From: a virus
Lineage: Duplodnaviria > Caudoviricetes
Strand: one strand, 5' to 3'
Virus record (IMG/VR): IMGVR_UViG_3300047539_000055
Length of the DNA stretch: 64,000 nucleotides
A program made the translations under genes and the position numbers. Shown in pieces: positions 38,009 through 47,303 of the stretch. The notes under the pieces were generated by a model. It worked only from the letters and a program-made list of their open reading frames with translations. It searched no databases and was not told the origin of the DNA. Every line of letters begins with the position of its first letter. Positions within the stretch are counted from its first letter, which is position 1.

Positions 38009-38434
38009 ATGAAATATGTAGTCTATCTCGTAGCAGGACTGCTAGCAACGGCATTCGCTCAAGCACAAGCGGGACCGAAACCGCCTAGTGATAAGATCGA
38101 GTGGACGCTACTAGCAGCCGATGCAAGTTCACGTGCCTTGGATGTATACAGTACCCATGAAATGTTGCTTAAAGGTGGGCATGAAGAGATTCTACCCAAC
38201 TTTCTTGTGAAGAATACCGCAGTAATGGCGACCTATTCAGCCGGGACTGTAGCACTTGATTACTTTGTGACGCGGAGACTTGAGCAACATCACCACAGGA
38301 AGTTGGCGAGACTGATTACAGCAATTGATCTAGGGCAAGACTTGCCGTTTGCTGTACACAATCTCTTCCTTGAGAAAGAAACGCACTTGCCTTTACTCCC
38401 GGTTCATGGTACACTACCACCAGTAATTAGGTAA
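38009..38434 (+). CDS. signal-peptide-bearing protein, probably host-derived
   Basis: Hydrophobic N-terminus ending AQA; visibly higher GC than its flanks. Confidence 0.7.
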   Translation: MKYVVYLVAGLLATAFAQAQAGPKPPSDKIEWTLLAADASSRALDVYSTHEMLLKGGHEEILPNFLVKNTAVMATYSAGTVALDYFVTRRLEQHHHRKLARLITAIDLGQDLPFAVHNLFLEKETHLPLLPVHGTLPPVIR

Positions 38435-38454
38435 TCAGGTAATGAAAGGTTGCT

Positions 38455-38655
38455 ATGCAACATCTAACAATGGATGAAATCAAGAGATTAGTCGAAGCTA
38501 TACCGAATGCCCGTCAAAAACTAATGATATTGGTGGGGTTTGAGCATGGTTTGCGTGTCTCAGAATTGATAAATCTCACCAAAGAAGACATACGGGATGG
38601 CTACGTAAGTGTTCAGAGATTGAAGGGTTCTCTTAAAACTATTCAGCCGGTTTGA
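38455..38655 (+). pseudogene. truncated tyrosine recombinase/integrase
   Basis: HLTMDEIKRL...HGLRVSELINL...RLKG (box I Arg and catalytic Lys); lacks HxxR and the catalytic Tyr. Confidence 0.8.
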
Positions 38656-38793
38656 ACGGTTTCCTTGGGGAGTTTATTAATTCCAAAGGAAGTGAAACAA
38701 GCTTGGCAGCGTACAACGATAGCGGTAAGTCTTTCAAGCAGATTGCCGACATTATCGAATCGAAGCCAGAGGGTCTTTTCGTAGCTTAACAAA

Positions 38794-38824
38794 AGAGGGG
38801 CATGAAAATGCCCCTTGACTTTTT
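38794..38824 (+). terminator. intrinsic terminator
   Basis: AGGGGCAT-GAAA-ATGCCCCT hairpin followed by a T-run. Confidence 0.65.
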
Positions 38825-38839
38825 CCTCCGGAAGGTAAA

Positions 38840-39064
38840 TGACGAAGAGACGGCTCGATTCGTTCATTGACGCGGTTGACGGTAAGCGTCTGACTTATGC
38901 GAGGTTGATCCAATGAAGCCTCCAAAGATACTCGACAAGATCGTCGATGTTGTTCTCAAATACCGGCCAGAAGCGAAGCAAAAACCACCCCGTCAACGGA
39001 AGATTTCCACAAAGAGGCTAAGTGATGCGGAATCAAAGAAACGGGAGTCAAGTACGTAAATCCC
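38840..39064 (+). mobile_element. 3' remnant of an IS1595-family-like element
   Basis: ...RLDSFIDAVDGKRLTYARLIQ* resembles IS1595 transposase C-termini. It is followed by a short passenger ORF (MKPPKILDKIVDVVLKYRP) and a terminal GGGAGTCAAGTACGTAAATCCC. Confidence 0.55.
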
Positions 39065-39223
39065 ATCCAAAGGCTATAGAAAAGGCAATGCTGGCGGCGG
39101 CTGGATCGGTTGAATTGACTATGATCGTTGACATTTTACAAAAGCAAACTAAAAAGATAAAGGAGTTGAACAAATGAATCGTACAGTTTGATTTGAGCTT
39201 CTCGCAAACCAAAATAAACAATT

Positions 39224-39249
39224 ACAGCACCCATTTGGGTGCTGTTTTT
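39224..39249 (+). terminator. intrinsic terminator
   Basis: ACAGCACCC-ATTT-GGGTGCTGT followed by TTTT. Confidence 0.75.
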
Positions 39250-39348
39250 GTTGCTAAATACTACTGAAAGATAATACTAATCGACTATAAACAGTGGGCA
39301 TTGTCGATATACCGTTTCAAAGTATTATTGTTCTCTAAAGGAGCAATA

Positions 39349-40128
39349 ATGCAAAATATCCCTTACACTTATCTAATTGGTTGGCCTATTCATAATAAAT
39401 GGTATTATGGTGTTCGCTATGCCAAGAAATGTAATCCATCCGATCTGTGGATAACCTATAAAACATCAAGTAAATATGTTACAGAATTCGTCAATAAATT
39501 TGGCGACCCTCCAATCAAACAAATCAGAAAAATTTTTACTTCAATTTTATCTGCTCGTTTATGGGAAGAAAAAGTCTTACATAGAATGAATGTTGTAAAA
39601 GATGAACGATGGTTGAATCGCAACGATGTAATATCAATTGATCCTTTGTGTGTTCCACGAGGAGATAATCATTGGACTCATCAAGAAAATTATGATGCTT
39701 CAATTCATTTGTTTGGATCGCCAGAATTTGTCAAATCAATGCGAGAAAAAGTTTCTGGCAGTAATCATTACACTCATAAACCAAATTATGACAATAGCAA
39801 TCATCCAATGAAACGTCCAGAAATAATTGAAAAGATTAGACCAAAAATTTCTGGAAGCAATCATTACACTCATAAACCAAATTATGATAATAGTAATCAT
39901 CAAGCAAAAAGACCCGAATCTATTGAACGATTTCGATGTAACAATCCATCTTATAATCCAGATGTTATTGCGAAACGAAAATTAAAATATGGTGTTGGCT
40001 ATAAATTTCCAAAAATTATCTGTGAATATTGTCATAAGGAAATATCCAAAAATCAATATCCAAAATGGCACGGAAATAAATGTAAATTATTTTTGATAAA
40101 GACACAAATTTCCGAATCTCAAGTATAA
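39349..40128 (+). CDS. Seg-like (GIY-YIG variant) homing endonuclease
   Basis: PYTYLIGW..KWYYGVRYA, YKTSSKYV, WLNRN; repeats SGSNHYTHKPNYDNSNH; C-terminal CEYC...WHGNKC. Confidence 0.8.
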   Translation: MQNIPYTYLIGWPIHNKWYYGVRYAKKCNPSDLWITYKTSSKYVTEFVNKFGDPPIKQIRKIFTSILSARLWEEKVLHRMNVVKDERWLNRNDVISIDPLCVPRGDNHWTHQENYDASIHLFGSPEFVKSMREKVSGSNHYTHKPNYDNSNHPMKRPEIIEKIRPKISGSNHYTHKPNYDNSNHQAKRPESIERFRCNNPSYNPDVIAKRKLKYGVGYKFPKIICEYCHKEISKNQYPKWHGNKCKLFLIKTQISESQV

Positions 40129-40208
40129 ATACAAATGTACTACCAATCCAACAGGCTTGTAATATGTAGTTTGTGCCCTCAGTCTGTGGGCAGTTTCAAG
40201 GAGATAAA

Positions 40209-41117
40209 ATGACTTACAAAAAACACCTCGTCGTGGCCATTCGTGCCAATAACAAAATCCTCAGAGAAGAAAATGAAACTGTTCAGATTCCGTTTGGTTC
40301 TGAATATCAAGTTGTTCTTCGTAATCTTAACACAGTAAAAGCACAAGTTCAAGTAGAAATTGACGGAGAAGATGCGTCAGGATGGCTTGTTCTTCAACCA
40401 AATAGCAAAGTTGAATTAGAAAGATTTATTAAAAATAACAACTTATCAAGCGGTAATCGTTTTCGTTTTATAGAAAGAAGCGCCAACATTGAAAACCACC
40501 GTGGTATAGGAATTGAAGACGGAATAGTAAAAATAACGTATAAATTCGAAAAGAAATATACTTATCTCCCACCTTATACCATTATTGCCCCACCAGTCAC
40601 AGTAATTCACGAACACCACTATCCTAACCCATATGTAAATCCAAATCCTTGGCTTGGTGGGGTAATTGATGCTGGTTACACTGGTTGGCAGTCTGACAAC
40701 AATTGGTATACTACAAATACTACACAAGCTACTTCACAAACAATAACCACCAGTGGATCATTACAAAGTCAAGGAACGTCAGGCACAATTTTTGCAATGA
40801 ATTGTTCTGTTGCGTCACAACAACAACCAGCTACAAAATCAGGAGTGTTACGATCAGTATCTTCAACTGTTACTGAAAATACGGCAGGGATCACGGTGCC
40901 TGGTAGTGAAAGCACCCAACGATTCTATCCAACATATGATTTTGCTTGTGACGATCCAGAAGTAATTATTCTGAAATTGGTTGGAGCATTCAAAAATGTC
41001 AAGGTTACTCAACCAATCACCGTGGATTATAAGCCAACCTGTGTTACTTGTGGCAGGGTCAATCGCGCAAATAATAAATTTTGTTCTGAATGTGGCACGG
41101 CATTGCGAATCATATAA
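40209..41117 (+). CDS. phage protein with beta-rich N-terminal domain and C-terminal double zinc ribbon
   Basis: LVVAIRANNKILRE..IPFGSEY..LERF, GITVPGSES.Q.F, CVTCG...FCSECG; AGGAG SD. Confidence 0.75.
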   Translation: MTYKKHLVVAIRANNKILREENETVQIPFGSEYQVVLRNLNTVKAQVQVEIDGEDASGWLVLQPNSKVELERFIKNNNLSSGNRFRFIERSANIENHRGIGIEDGIVKITYKFEKKYTYLPPYTIIAPPVTVIHEHHYPNPYVNPNPWLGGVIDAGYTGWQSDNNWYTTNTTQATSQTITTSGSLQSQGTSGTIFAMNCSVASQQQPATKSGVLRSVSSTVTENTAGITVPGSESTQRFYPTYDFACDDPEVIILKLVGAFKNVKVTQPITVDYKPTCVTCGRVNRANNKFCSECGTALRII

Positions 41118-41137
41118 ACTAAAATCAAAACAAAGAA

Positions 41138-41168
41138 ATGGGAATTCAAAAAGAATTCCCATTTTTTT
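41138..41168 (+). terminator. intrinsic terminator
   Basis: ATGGGAATTC/GAATTCCCAT hairpin followed by a T-run. Confidence 0.75.
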
Positions 41169-41204
41169 GTTGTATCTTTTTGTCATTTGTTCTATAATTA
41201 AACT

Positions 41205-41978
41205 ATGCGTAAGAAATGTGAACACGGAAGACTAAAATTTAATTGTAAAGAATGTAACAGTTCTGCGTTTTGTGAACATAACCGATTAAAAAGTCGATGT
41301 AAAGAGTGTGATGGAAGTCAGATATGTGAACACGAAAAGCGAAGAGAATATTGTAAGGATTGTGGTGGTTCTGGTATATGCGAACACGGAAGACGAAAAT
41401 CTCGATGTATAAAGTGTGGTGGTTCTGGTATATGTGAACATAACAAAGAAAAAAGTAGATGTAAAATTTGTGGTGGTTCTCAAATATGCGAACACGGACG
41501 ATTAAAACGCACTTGTAAAGAATGCGGTGGTTCTGGTATATGTGAACACGAAACTCGAAAAAGTAGATGTAAAATTTGTGATGGTTCCGAACTATGTGAA
41601 CACGGAAAACAAAAAGACACTTGTAAAGAATGTGGTAGTTCTGCATTTTGTGAACATACTAGACGAAAAAATACCTGTAAAGAATGTGGTACTTATAAAA
41701 GATTATTTCTAAAAGGAAGTTTTACAACCGAACAAGTTAAAGAAATGGGAAAGATAAAAGTTTGTCAATTTCCAAATTGTCTTGTCCAATCAAATGGTAA
41801 ATCCCTTTACTCAGATCATTGTCATGATGGACAAAAGTGTAATCCGAATAATTACAGGGGAGAAATTTGCTATGGGCATAATATGTTATTAGGTTGGCTT
41901 GATATATTTCCTGAAGAAGCAAGTACTAACGCGATAGAATATATGAAACGAAGACCGTTTAAGGAAGGAAAATTATGA
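41205..41978 (+). CDS. endonuclease VII-like protein with nine 18-aa CEH..C..C repeats
   Basis: CEHxRxKSRCKxCGGSxI x9; C-terminal DHCH...RGEICYGHNMLLG. Confidence 0.75.
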   Translation: MRKKCEHGRLKFNCKECNSSAFCEHNRLKSRCKECDGSQICEHEKRREYCKDCGGSGICEHGRRKSRCIKCGGSGICEHNKEKSRCKICGGSQICEHGRLKRTCKECGGSGICEHETRKSRCKICDGSELCEHGKQKDTCKECGSSAFCEHTRRKNTCKECGTYKRLFLKGSFTTEQVKEMGKIKVCQFPNCLVQSNGKSLYSDHCHDGQKCNPNNYRGEICYGHNMLLGWLDIFPEEASTNAIEYMKRRPFKEGKL

Positions 41979-42877
41979 GAATCCACATCATAGGAGCAGG
42001 GGGGATGCTTGGACACCAAGTGTATCACCATTTTAAAGCAAAAGGTCACAATATTGTAGCAACTGATCTTAACGCTCACGAAAATTGGTTATCATATCAG
42101 GATGTACGTGATTATTGGGAATTATCACGACACGTCAAAGATTTTAAACCAGATGTAATTATGAATCTGGCGGCGATCACCGACTTAGAGCATTGTGAAA
42201 TAAATCCAGATGTGGCCGTTGCTACAAATGCAATTGGCTCTGCGCACTGTGCAACTCTGGCCGCGAATTTGAACGCAGTATACCTTTACATCAGCACAGC
42301 CGGAATCTTTGATGGCAGTCAAGATACATTCAGCGATTGGGATATTCCCAATCCACTTGGGGTTTATGCCAAGTCTAAATATATGGGTGAGCAATTTGCT
42401 CAAATAGTTCCCAAGCATATTGTTCTAAGATGCGGTTGGCAGATGGGAAGTTGTGAACACGACAAGAAATTCATTGGCAAAATAATGAAACAACTAAAAG
42501 CTGGAGCAACAGAACTCAATGTTGTTTATGACAAACTCGGAAGTCCAACATACACAGTAGATTTCACAAAACAAATTGAAACTATGATTGATGCAAATGC
42601 TTATGGTGTTTGGAATGCTGTATGTGATGGTGATGCAAGTCGTTATGAAGTTGCCGAAGAACTTCTTAAATTATTAGGTTTATTTGACAGTATCAAAATC
42701 AATATTGTCAGTTCTAATTTTTTCAAAAAAGAATATTTTGCACCGCGCCCTGCCAGTGAAAAGTTGACCACTGAAAAACTCACAAGCGCTGGTCTAAAGG
42801 TAATGAGACATTGGAAAGTTTGTCTCAAAGAGTATGTTCAATCAAATCCAGAATTTTTTACTATAAGGAAGAAATAA
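41975..42877 (+). CDS. rmlD: dTDP-4-dehydrorhamnose reductase-like SDR
   Basis: IGAGGMLG, NLAAIT, YIST, YAKSK (YxxxK), GSPTY, APRP. Confidence 0.85.
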   Translation: MRIHIIGAGGMLGHQVYHHFKAKGHNIVATDLNAHENWLSYQDVRDYWELSRHVKDFKPDVIMNLAAITDLEHCEINPDVAVATNAIGSAHCATLAANLNAVYLYISTAGIFDGSQDTFSDWDIPNPLGVYAKSKYMGEQFAQIVPKHIVLRCGWQMGSCEHDKKFIGKIMKQLKAGATELNVVYDKLGSPTYTVDFTKQIETMIDANAYGVWNAVCDGDASRYEVAEELLKLLGLFDSIKINIVSSNFFKKEYFAPRPASEKLTTEKLTSAGLKVMRHWKVCLKEYVQSNPEFFTIRKK

Positions 42878-45063
42878 TGAATTCTACGAATGACTGCATT
42901 TTAGGTGTTTTGTCAGGAACAAAATACGCCCGTAAATATGAAGGTATTGAATCCTATTTGGTTTCCATAGAAAGAAGTGGTTTCAAAGGACGAAAGGTAA
43001 TGATCGTTTGGAACATTCATCCAATCGCCCGAAGATTATTGCTAAAATATGGTTTTGAAATTATTGATGTTCCTAATCAAACAGAAGCATTTTTCATAGC
43101 AAGAATTCATGTTGTCATAGATTATCTAAAAGAACACTATCAAGAGTTCCGCTATATTTTTTGGTTGGATATCAAGGATTTGATTTTACAATCAGACCCA
43201 AGTATTTGGATGGAAAAACATATCGGAACCAATGATATAGTCGCGGCCAATGAGTGTGTAACTATTGAACAAGAAGAGACAAATCAACTATGGGCCAAGG
43301 ATGTTCTTGGAATGTCTCGTTATCTTGAAATCAAAGATGAAGAAGTTATCAATGGCGGTACTTGGGCTGGAAAAGCTGAACCAATAATGAATGTGTTTCA
43401 GCAAGTTTATCAAATCGTCAAAGACTACAAAGGTTCTTATCCTCCTTGTCAAGTTGCCATCAATTATGTTTTGCGTCAACCACAATTTAAAAAATCATTG
43501 TATATTCCACGATGGTCAGAAGGTTTCGCAGCTTGCTTACATCCAATGTGGTCTTGGTCGGCCAGAGCAAAATGTAAACCAGTATTACGAGATAAACCAC
43601 CAATCCTTGATTTGAAAACCGGATTGCTATATCCAGGTCAAGCACACAATCCAAAAAATAAAAGGATTATACTTAACCGATGGAATACGACAATTGTTGA
43701 CGGCGATTTTGATCCAGTGAATAGTTGTGAACTTCTGGAATCAAAAACTGATGTAAAACCATTTGCCATTGTTCACGGATTTGATCGTGATTGGCATATT
43801 CGCGAACTTGTTGAAGCAAAATATGTTATTGAAGAGCCAAAAAATAACACGGTATCAATTTTTACACCAACGCACAACTCAGAATTTTTGCCAGAAGTTT
43901 ATAAATCTCTTCAAGCACAAACAGACCCAGATTGGGAATGGATCATTATCTACAATCACAATGGTAAACCAATTGAGTTCAATGATCCGCGTGTAAAAAG
44001 TCATGTAGCCTATAATGTTCCAGAATGGGTTGGCCCATTGAAAGCAATTGCGTGTTCTAAAGCATCTGGTTCAATTCTTTTAGAATTGGATCATGACGAT
44101 TTGCTCACGCCTACGGCAGTTGAAGATGTGAAGAAGGCATTTGAAGACCCCGAAGTTGGTTTTGTGTATTCAAATACAATTCACTGCGATGCAAATTATC
44201 AAAAAATTGAACGCTTTAGTCCATACTATGGCTGGAAATACAGAGAAATAGAATTCAACGGTCATATTTTGGATGAACATATTTCTTTTGAACCGTCTCC
44301 AGAATGCATCTCTCGTATTTGGTTCGCCCCAAATCATCTTCGTGCATTCCGTCTTTCAGAATATGAAAAAGTTGGCGGATACAATACTGAAATGCGTATC
44401 CTTGATGATCTTGATCTGATGTGCAAAATGTATTGCAACACCAAGTTCAAACATATTGATAAGGGTTTGTATGTTTATCGTGTTCACGGTCAAAATTCTT
44501 GGTTGCGTTTCAATAAAGAAATTCAAGAAAATGTCTACCGAATCTATGACCAATACATTGATCAATTAGTGGAACACTGGAGCAGAATGAATAATCTGCG
44601 ATTGATTGAAGTTGGCGGAAGAATGGCCGGAAAAGATGGCTATGAAACCGTTGATTTGAAAGACGCAAATATCATTGCTGATTTAGATGGAAGATGGCCA
44701 TTTGAAGATAGTTCTGTTGGTGTGATTCGTTCATTTGATGTGTTTGAACACTTGAAAAGTAATTTGCATACTATGAAAGAAGTTCATCGTGTCCTTGCAC
44801 CAGGTGGTTGGCTAATGTGTCAAGTACCATCTACGGATGGTCGTGGCGCTTTTTCTGATCCAACTCATGTTTCATTTTGGAATATTTCTTCATTTGCTTA
44901 TTATACAAACGCCAACAAAGCAAAATATATTGATACGCCAGTTCGCTTCCAGGCTCCAAGATTATATGACACTGATAAAAACAATGAAGATATAATTTGG
45001 ACGTGCGCTCATTTGATTTGTCTCAAAGATGGATACAGACCATGTGGAGCGTTGGATATTTAA
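42877..45063 (+). CDS. glycosyltransferase - GT2 - SAM methyltransferase fusion
   Basis: N-terminal GT-A-like domain (LDIKD, INGG); central GT2 (SIFTPTHN, ELDHDD, DDLDL, YRVH); C-terminal MTase (DVFEHL, RVLAPGG, DPTH). Confidence 0.85.
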   Translation: MNSTNDCILGVLSGTKYARKYEGIESYLVSIERSGFKGRKVMIVWNIHPIARRLLLKYGFEIIDVPNQTEAFFIARIHVVIDYLKEHYQEFRYIFWLDIKDLILQSDPSIWMEKHIGTNDIVAANECVTIEQEETNQLWAKDVLGMSRYLEIKDEEVINGGTWAGKAEPIMNVFQQVYQIVKDYKGSYPPCQVAINYVLRQPQFKKSLYIPRWSEGFAACLHPMWSWSARAKCKPVLRDKPPILDLKTGLLYPGQAHNPKNKRIILNRWNTTIVDGDFDPVNSCELLESKTDVKPFAIVHGFDRDWHIRELVEAKYVIEEPKNNTVSIFTPTHNSEFLPEVYKSLQAQTDPDWEWIIIYNHNGKPIEFNDPRVKSHVAYNVPEWVGPLKAIACSKASGSILLELDHDDLLTPTAVEDVKKAFEDPEVGFVYSNTIHCDANYQKIERFSPYYGWKYREIEFNGHILDEHISFEPSPECISRIWFAPNHLRAFRLSEYEKVGGYNTEMRILDDLDLMCKMYCNTKFKHIDKGLYVYRVHGQNSWLRFNKEIQENVYRIYDQYIDQLVEHWSRMNNLRLIEVGGRMAGKDGYETVDLKDANIIADLDGRWPFEDSSVGVIRSFDVFEHLKSNLHTMKEVHRVLAPGGWLMCQVPSTDGRGAFSDPTHVSFWNISSFAYYTNANKAKYIDTPVRFQAPRLYDTDKNNEDIIWTCAHLICLKDGYRPCGALDI

Positions 45064-45116
45064 ATCCTTATAGTCAAAATATGTTTATGGCGTCAGCATG
45101 ACAACTGGAACGGAGC

Positions 45117-45797
45117 CTAGTTCACTATAGTTACATTGCTGACTTCATCACCGGTCTGGCTAGCTTGAGGAGAGATAGCAAACCCGCCGTAGTTGCCGAG
45201 GTACGGAGAAGTGGCGTCTACATAAGGTCCGTTCCCATTGCAGAGGGTTCCGTTCTGGTAGAGAGTGAGTGTCGCGCTTGTTCCAGCCACCTTTGTGGAG
45301 ACAGCTTTATAAACCCCACCTGCTACTGTGTTTGAGAGACAATTTGCGTACATCTCAAACGTGCAACTTCCAGCGGTGCATTTGGCAACTTCAACATTGG
45401 CGGTCGCGGTTCCGTTCCATATAAATAGATACCCATTCGCCAAGCTATCCATATCCAATAATGCGTAGATGTTTAGTCCGTCAATAGCAGTCAGAGTAAA
45501 CTGAACATACGAGTTGAGACTCGCTGCACATAAAGTTTCTATCGCCGCGCCACCGCGATACGCCGCATTGCCTACAAGCTTCCCGGAGTCTTGAACGAGA
45601 GTGCCGCCGCCGACTGCAAACACTGGGATGTTAGTCCACGAGGCTGAGTTCAGTGCCGTTCCCAGAGTGCCTGAGAATGGATCAGTGAACGGAGCGCAAG
45701 CGGTTGAGTGTTTGAAATTATGATTACCAACAGAGAATTGACCAGCAAGTAATACAGGAAATAGAAGTAATGACAGTAATGTAAAAATCTTTTTCAT
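45117..45797 (-). CDS. signal-peptide-bearing beta-rich protein
   Basis: MKKIFTLLSLLLFPVLLAG; paired Cys; higher GC. Confidence 0.65.
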   Translation of the reverse strand: MKKIFTLLSLLLFPVLLAGQFSVGNHNFKHSTACAPFTDPFSGTLGTALNSASWTNIPVFAVGGGTLVQDSGKLVGNAAYRGGAAIETLCAASLNSYVQFTLTAIDGLNIYALLDMDSLANGYLFIWNGTATANVEVAKCTAGSCTFEMYANCLSNTVAGGVYKAVSTKVAGTSATLTLYQNGTLCNGNGPYVDATSPYLGNYGGFAISPQASQTGDEVSNVTIVN

Positions 45798-45815
45798 TAT
45801 ACGACCCTTATTGGC

Positions 45816-47273
45816 TTATTCAAATACGCCATTGATCATTACTGTTCCTATGAAAACTTCTGAGCCAGTAGCAGTTCCTAAAGGTACGCATAGAATGATG
45901 TGAACATAATTACCTGCTTCGCACATCAAAGGATATGGAAATTGAACGTCAAGATCGGCTGGTACATAACCAATCACTGCACCCAGTGCAAAATATTGCT
46001 GTCCAAGATCAACAACACGAGGAGCTTTGGCGTTAGCAGCTTCAGCACCGGTCAATACGTTAGTTGAACTACCGACACCAATTGCCCATTGTAGAACTGT
46101 TGGAGTTGTAGCAACAACAGCACCACTATTCATAGTAGAAATATGAATACCACGAATGTAAAGTGTTTTTCCTGGTACGTTGGCAACAGCAGCCGGAACT
46201 TGGAATGCAAATAATGGAAAATCTGTTATGGCTGTACCAACAGCAGTAAAGTTGAATCTTCCGCCCAATTTTGGATAATTTGGTGTGGATACTGACAGTG
46301 CAGTATTTACAGCAGCGGTGCTGTTTGTATGATTTGCTGTTGTACCAAAAGCGCCTGTTCCTGATTGTCCTTGAATTGAACTTCCACCAAGACCAGCAAG
46401 AGTCATTTCATAAGAACGATTGACGTTCAAATCTGGTTGCCAGGCGGAACACGAGAAAATACCCAATTGAACGGCTGATGTAGGAGAAAGAGAAGTACTG
46501 TTATATACACGGAAAGTGATTGGCAAATCTTGTGTTATAACTGGAAGACCAGCACCAGTAGGTGTTGCAATAATGGCTTGAAGAATATTGTTGAGCCAAA
46601 ATTCAACATAGGCACGACCAACAACAATTCTAAATTTATATGTTACGTTTGCTGTTGGTGGTGTAAGAGCAGCACTAACTGTTTCTGAACCGTTGAAGTT
46701 CACAACACAAAGGAAGTTACCTGCTATGTTCCAACGAAAGAAAACACCGTCTGTTGGTGCGGCTGTAGTTGCTGCAAAACCCAATCCAATTTCCACGCAA
46801 GAGTTAGGAATAATATTTGAAGATGCTTGATATGCGGCAACTGCTTCAAATATTGTACAAAAGCCAGAATAAATTGGAAATGTTCTCCATGTTTTTATAA
46901 CGGCGGTTGCAGAAGTGGCTGTGGATGAACCAGAATTAAGAGTTTGTTTACCGCTTGCTTGAGCCTGTGTAAATGTGGTTAGAGCAGTATTCCATAAAGC
47001 GGTATTGGTTGCTGTACCGTTGAATACTTCATTGAATAGCAAGTTATCCATACCAACTTGAAGACGACGAAATTCTTGAGCGTTCAATGAGCGATTAAGT
47101 GCAGTACCAGTGATAAGGCCAGCATCAGACTCTACAACGAGTCTTTCTCCACCGCCAATATTGGTAGGAACGCTGTTTGCGTCTTGTGTTTTTGGAGTAA
47201 TAGTGAGTTGACGATTTAGAGTGTCAACTTCTGCTCCGTTACCCGAGGTAAATCCTTGTAATGCTAGTGCCAT
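45816..47273 (-). CDS. putative virion fibre/decoration protein, paralog A
   Basis: T/A/G-rich beta protein aligning end to end with 47304-48776. Confidence 0.7.
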   Translation of the reverse strand: MALALQGFTSGNGAEVDTLNRQLTITPKTQDANSVPTNIGGGERLVVESDAGLITGTALNRSLNAQEFRRLQVGMDNLLFNEVFNGTATNTALWNTALTTFTQAQASGKQTLNSGSSTATSATAVIKTWRTFPIYSGFCTIFEAVAAYQASSNIIPNSCVEIGLGFAATTAAPTDGVFFRWNIAGNFLCVVNFNGSETVSAALTPPTANVTYKFRIVVGRAYVEFWLNNILQAIIATPTGAGLPVITQDLPITFRVYNSTSLSPTSAVQLGIFSCSAWQPDLNVNRSYEMTLAGLGGSSIQGQSGTGAFGTTANHTNSTAAVNTALSVSTPNYPKLGGRFNFTAVGTAITDFPLFAFQVPAAVANVPGKTLYIRGIHISTMNSGAVVATTPTVLQWAIGVGSSTNVLTGAEAANAKAPRVVDLGQQYFALGAVIGYVPADLDVQFPYPLMCEAGNYVHIILCVPLGTATGSEVFIGTVMINGVFE

Positions 47274-47303
47274 GATAATCTCCCGATATCTTATTTATGA
47301 TAT

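Noticed and set aside
38455-38655. Evidence that the phage is temperate
   Set aside because: The integrase is a 66-aa fragment lacking its catalytic C-terminal residues and sits among debris.
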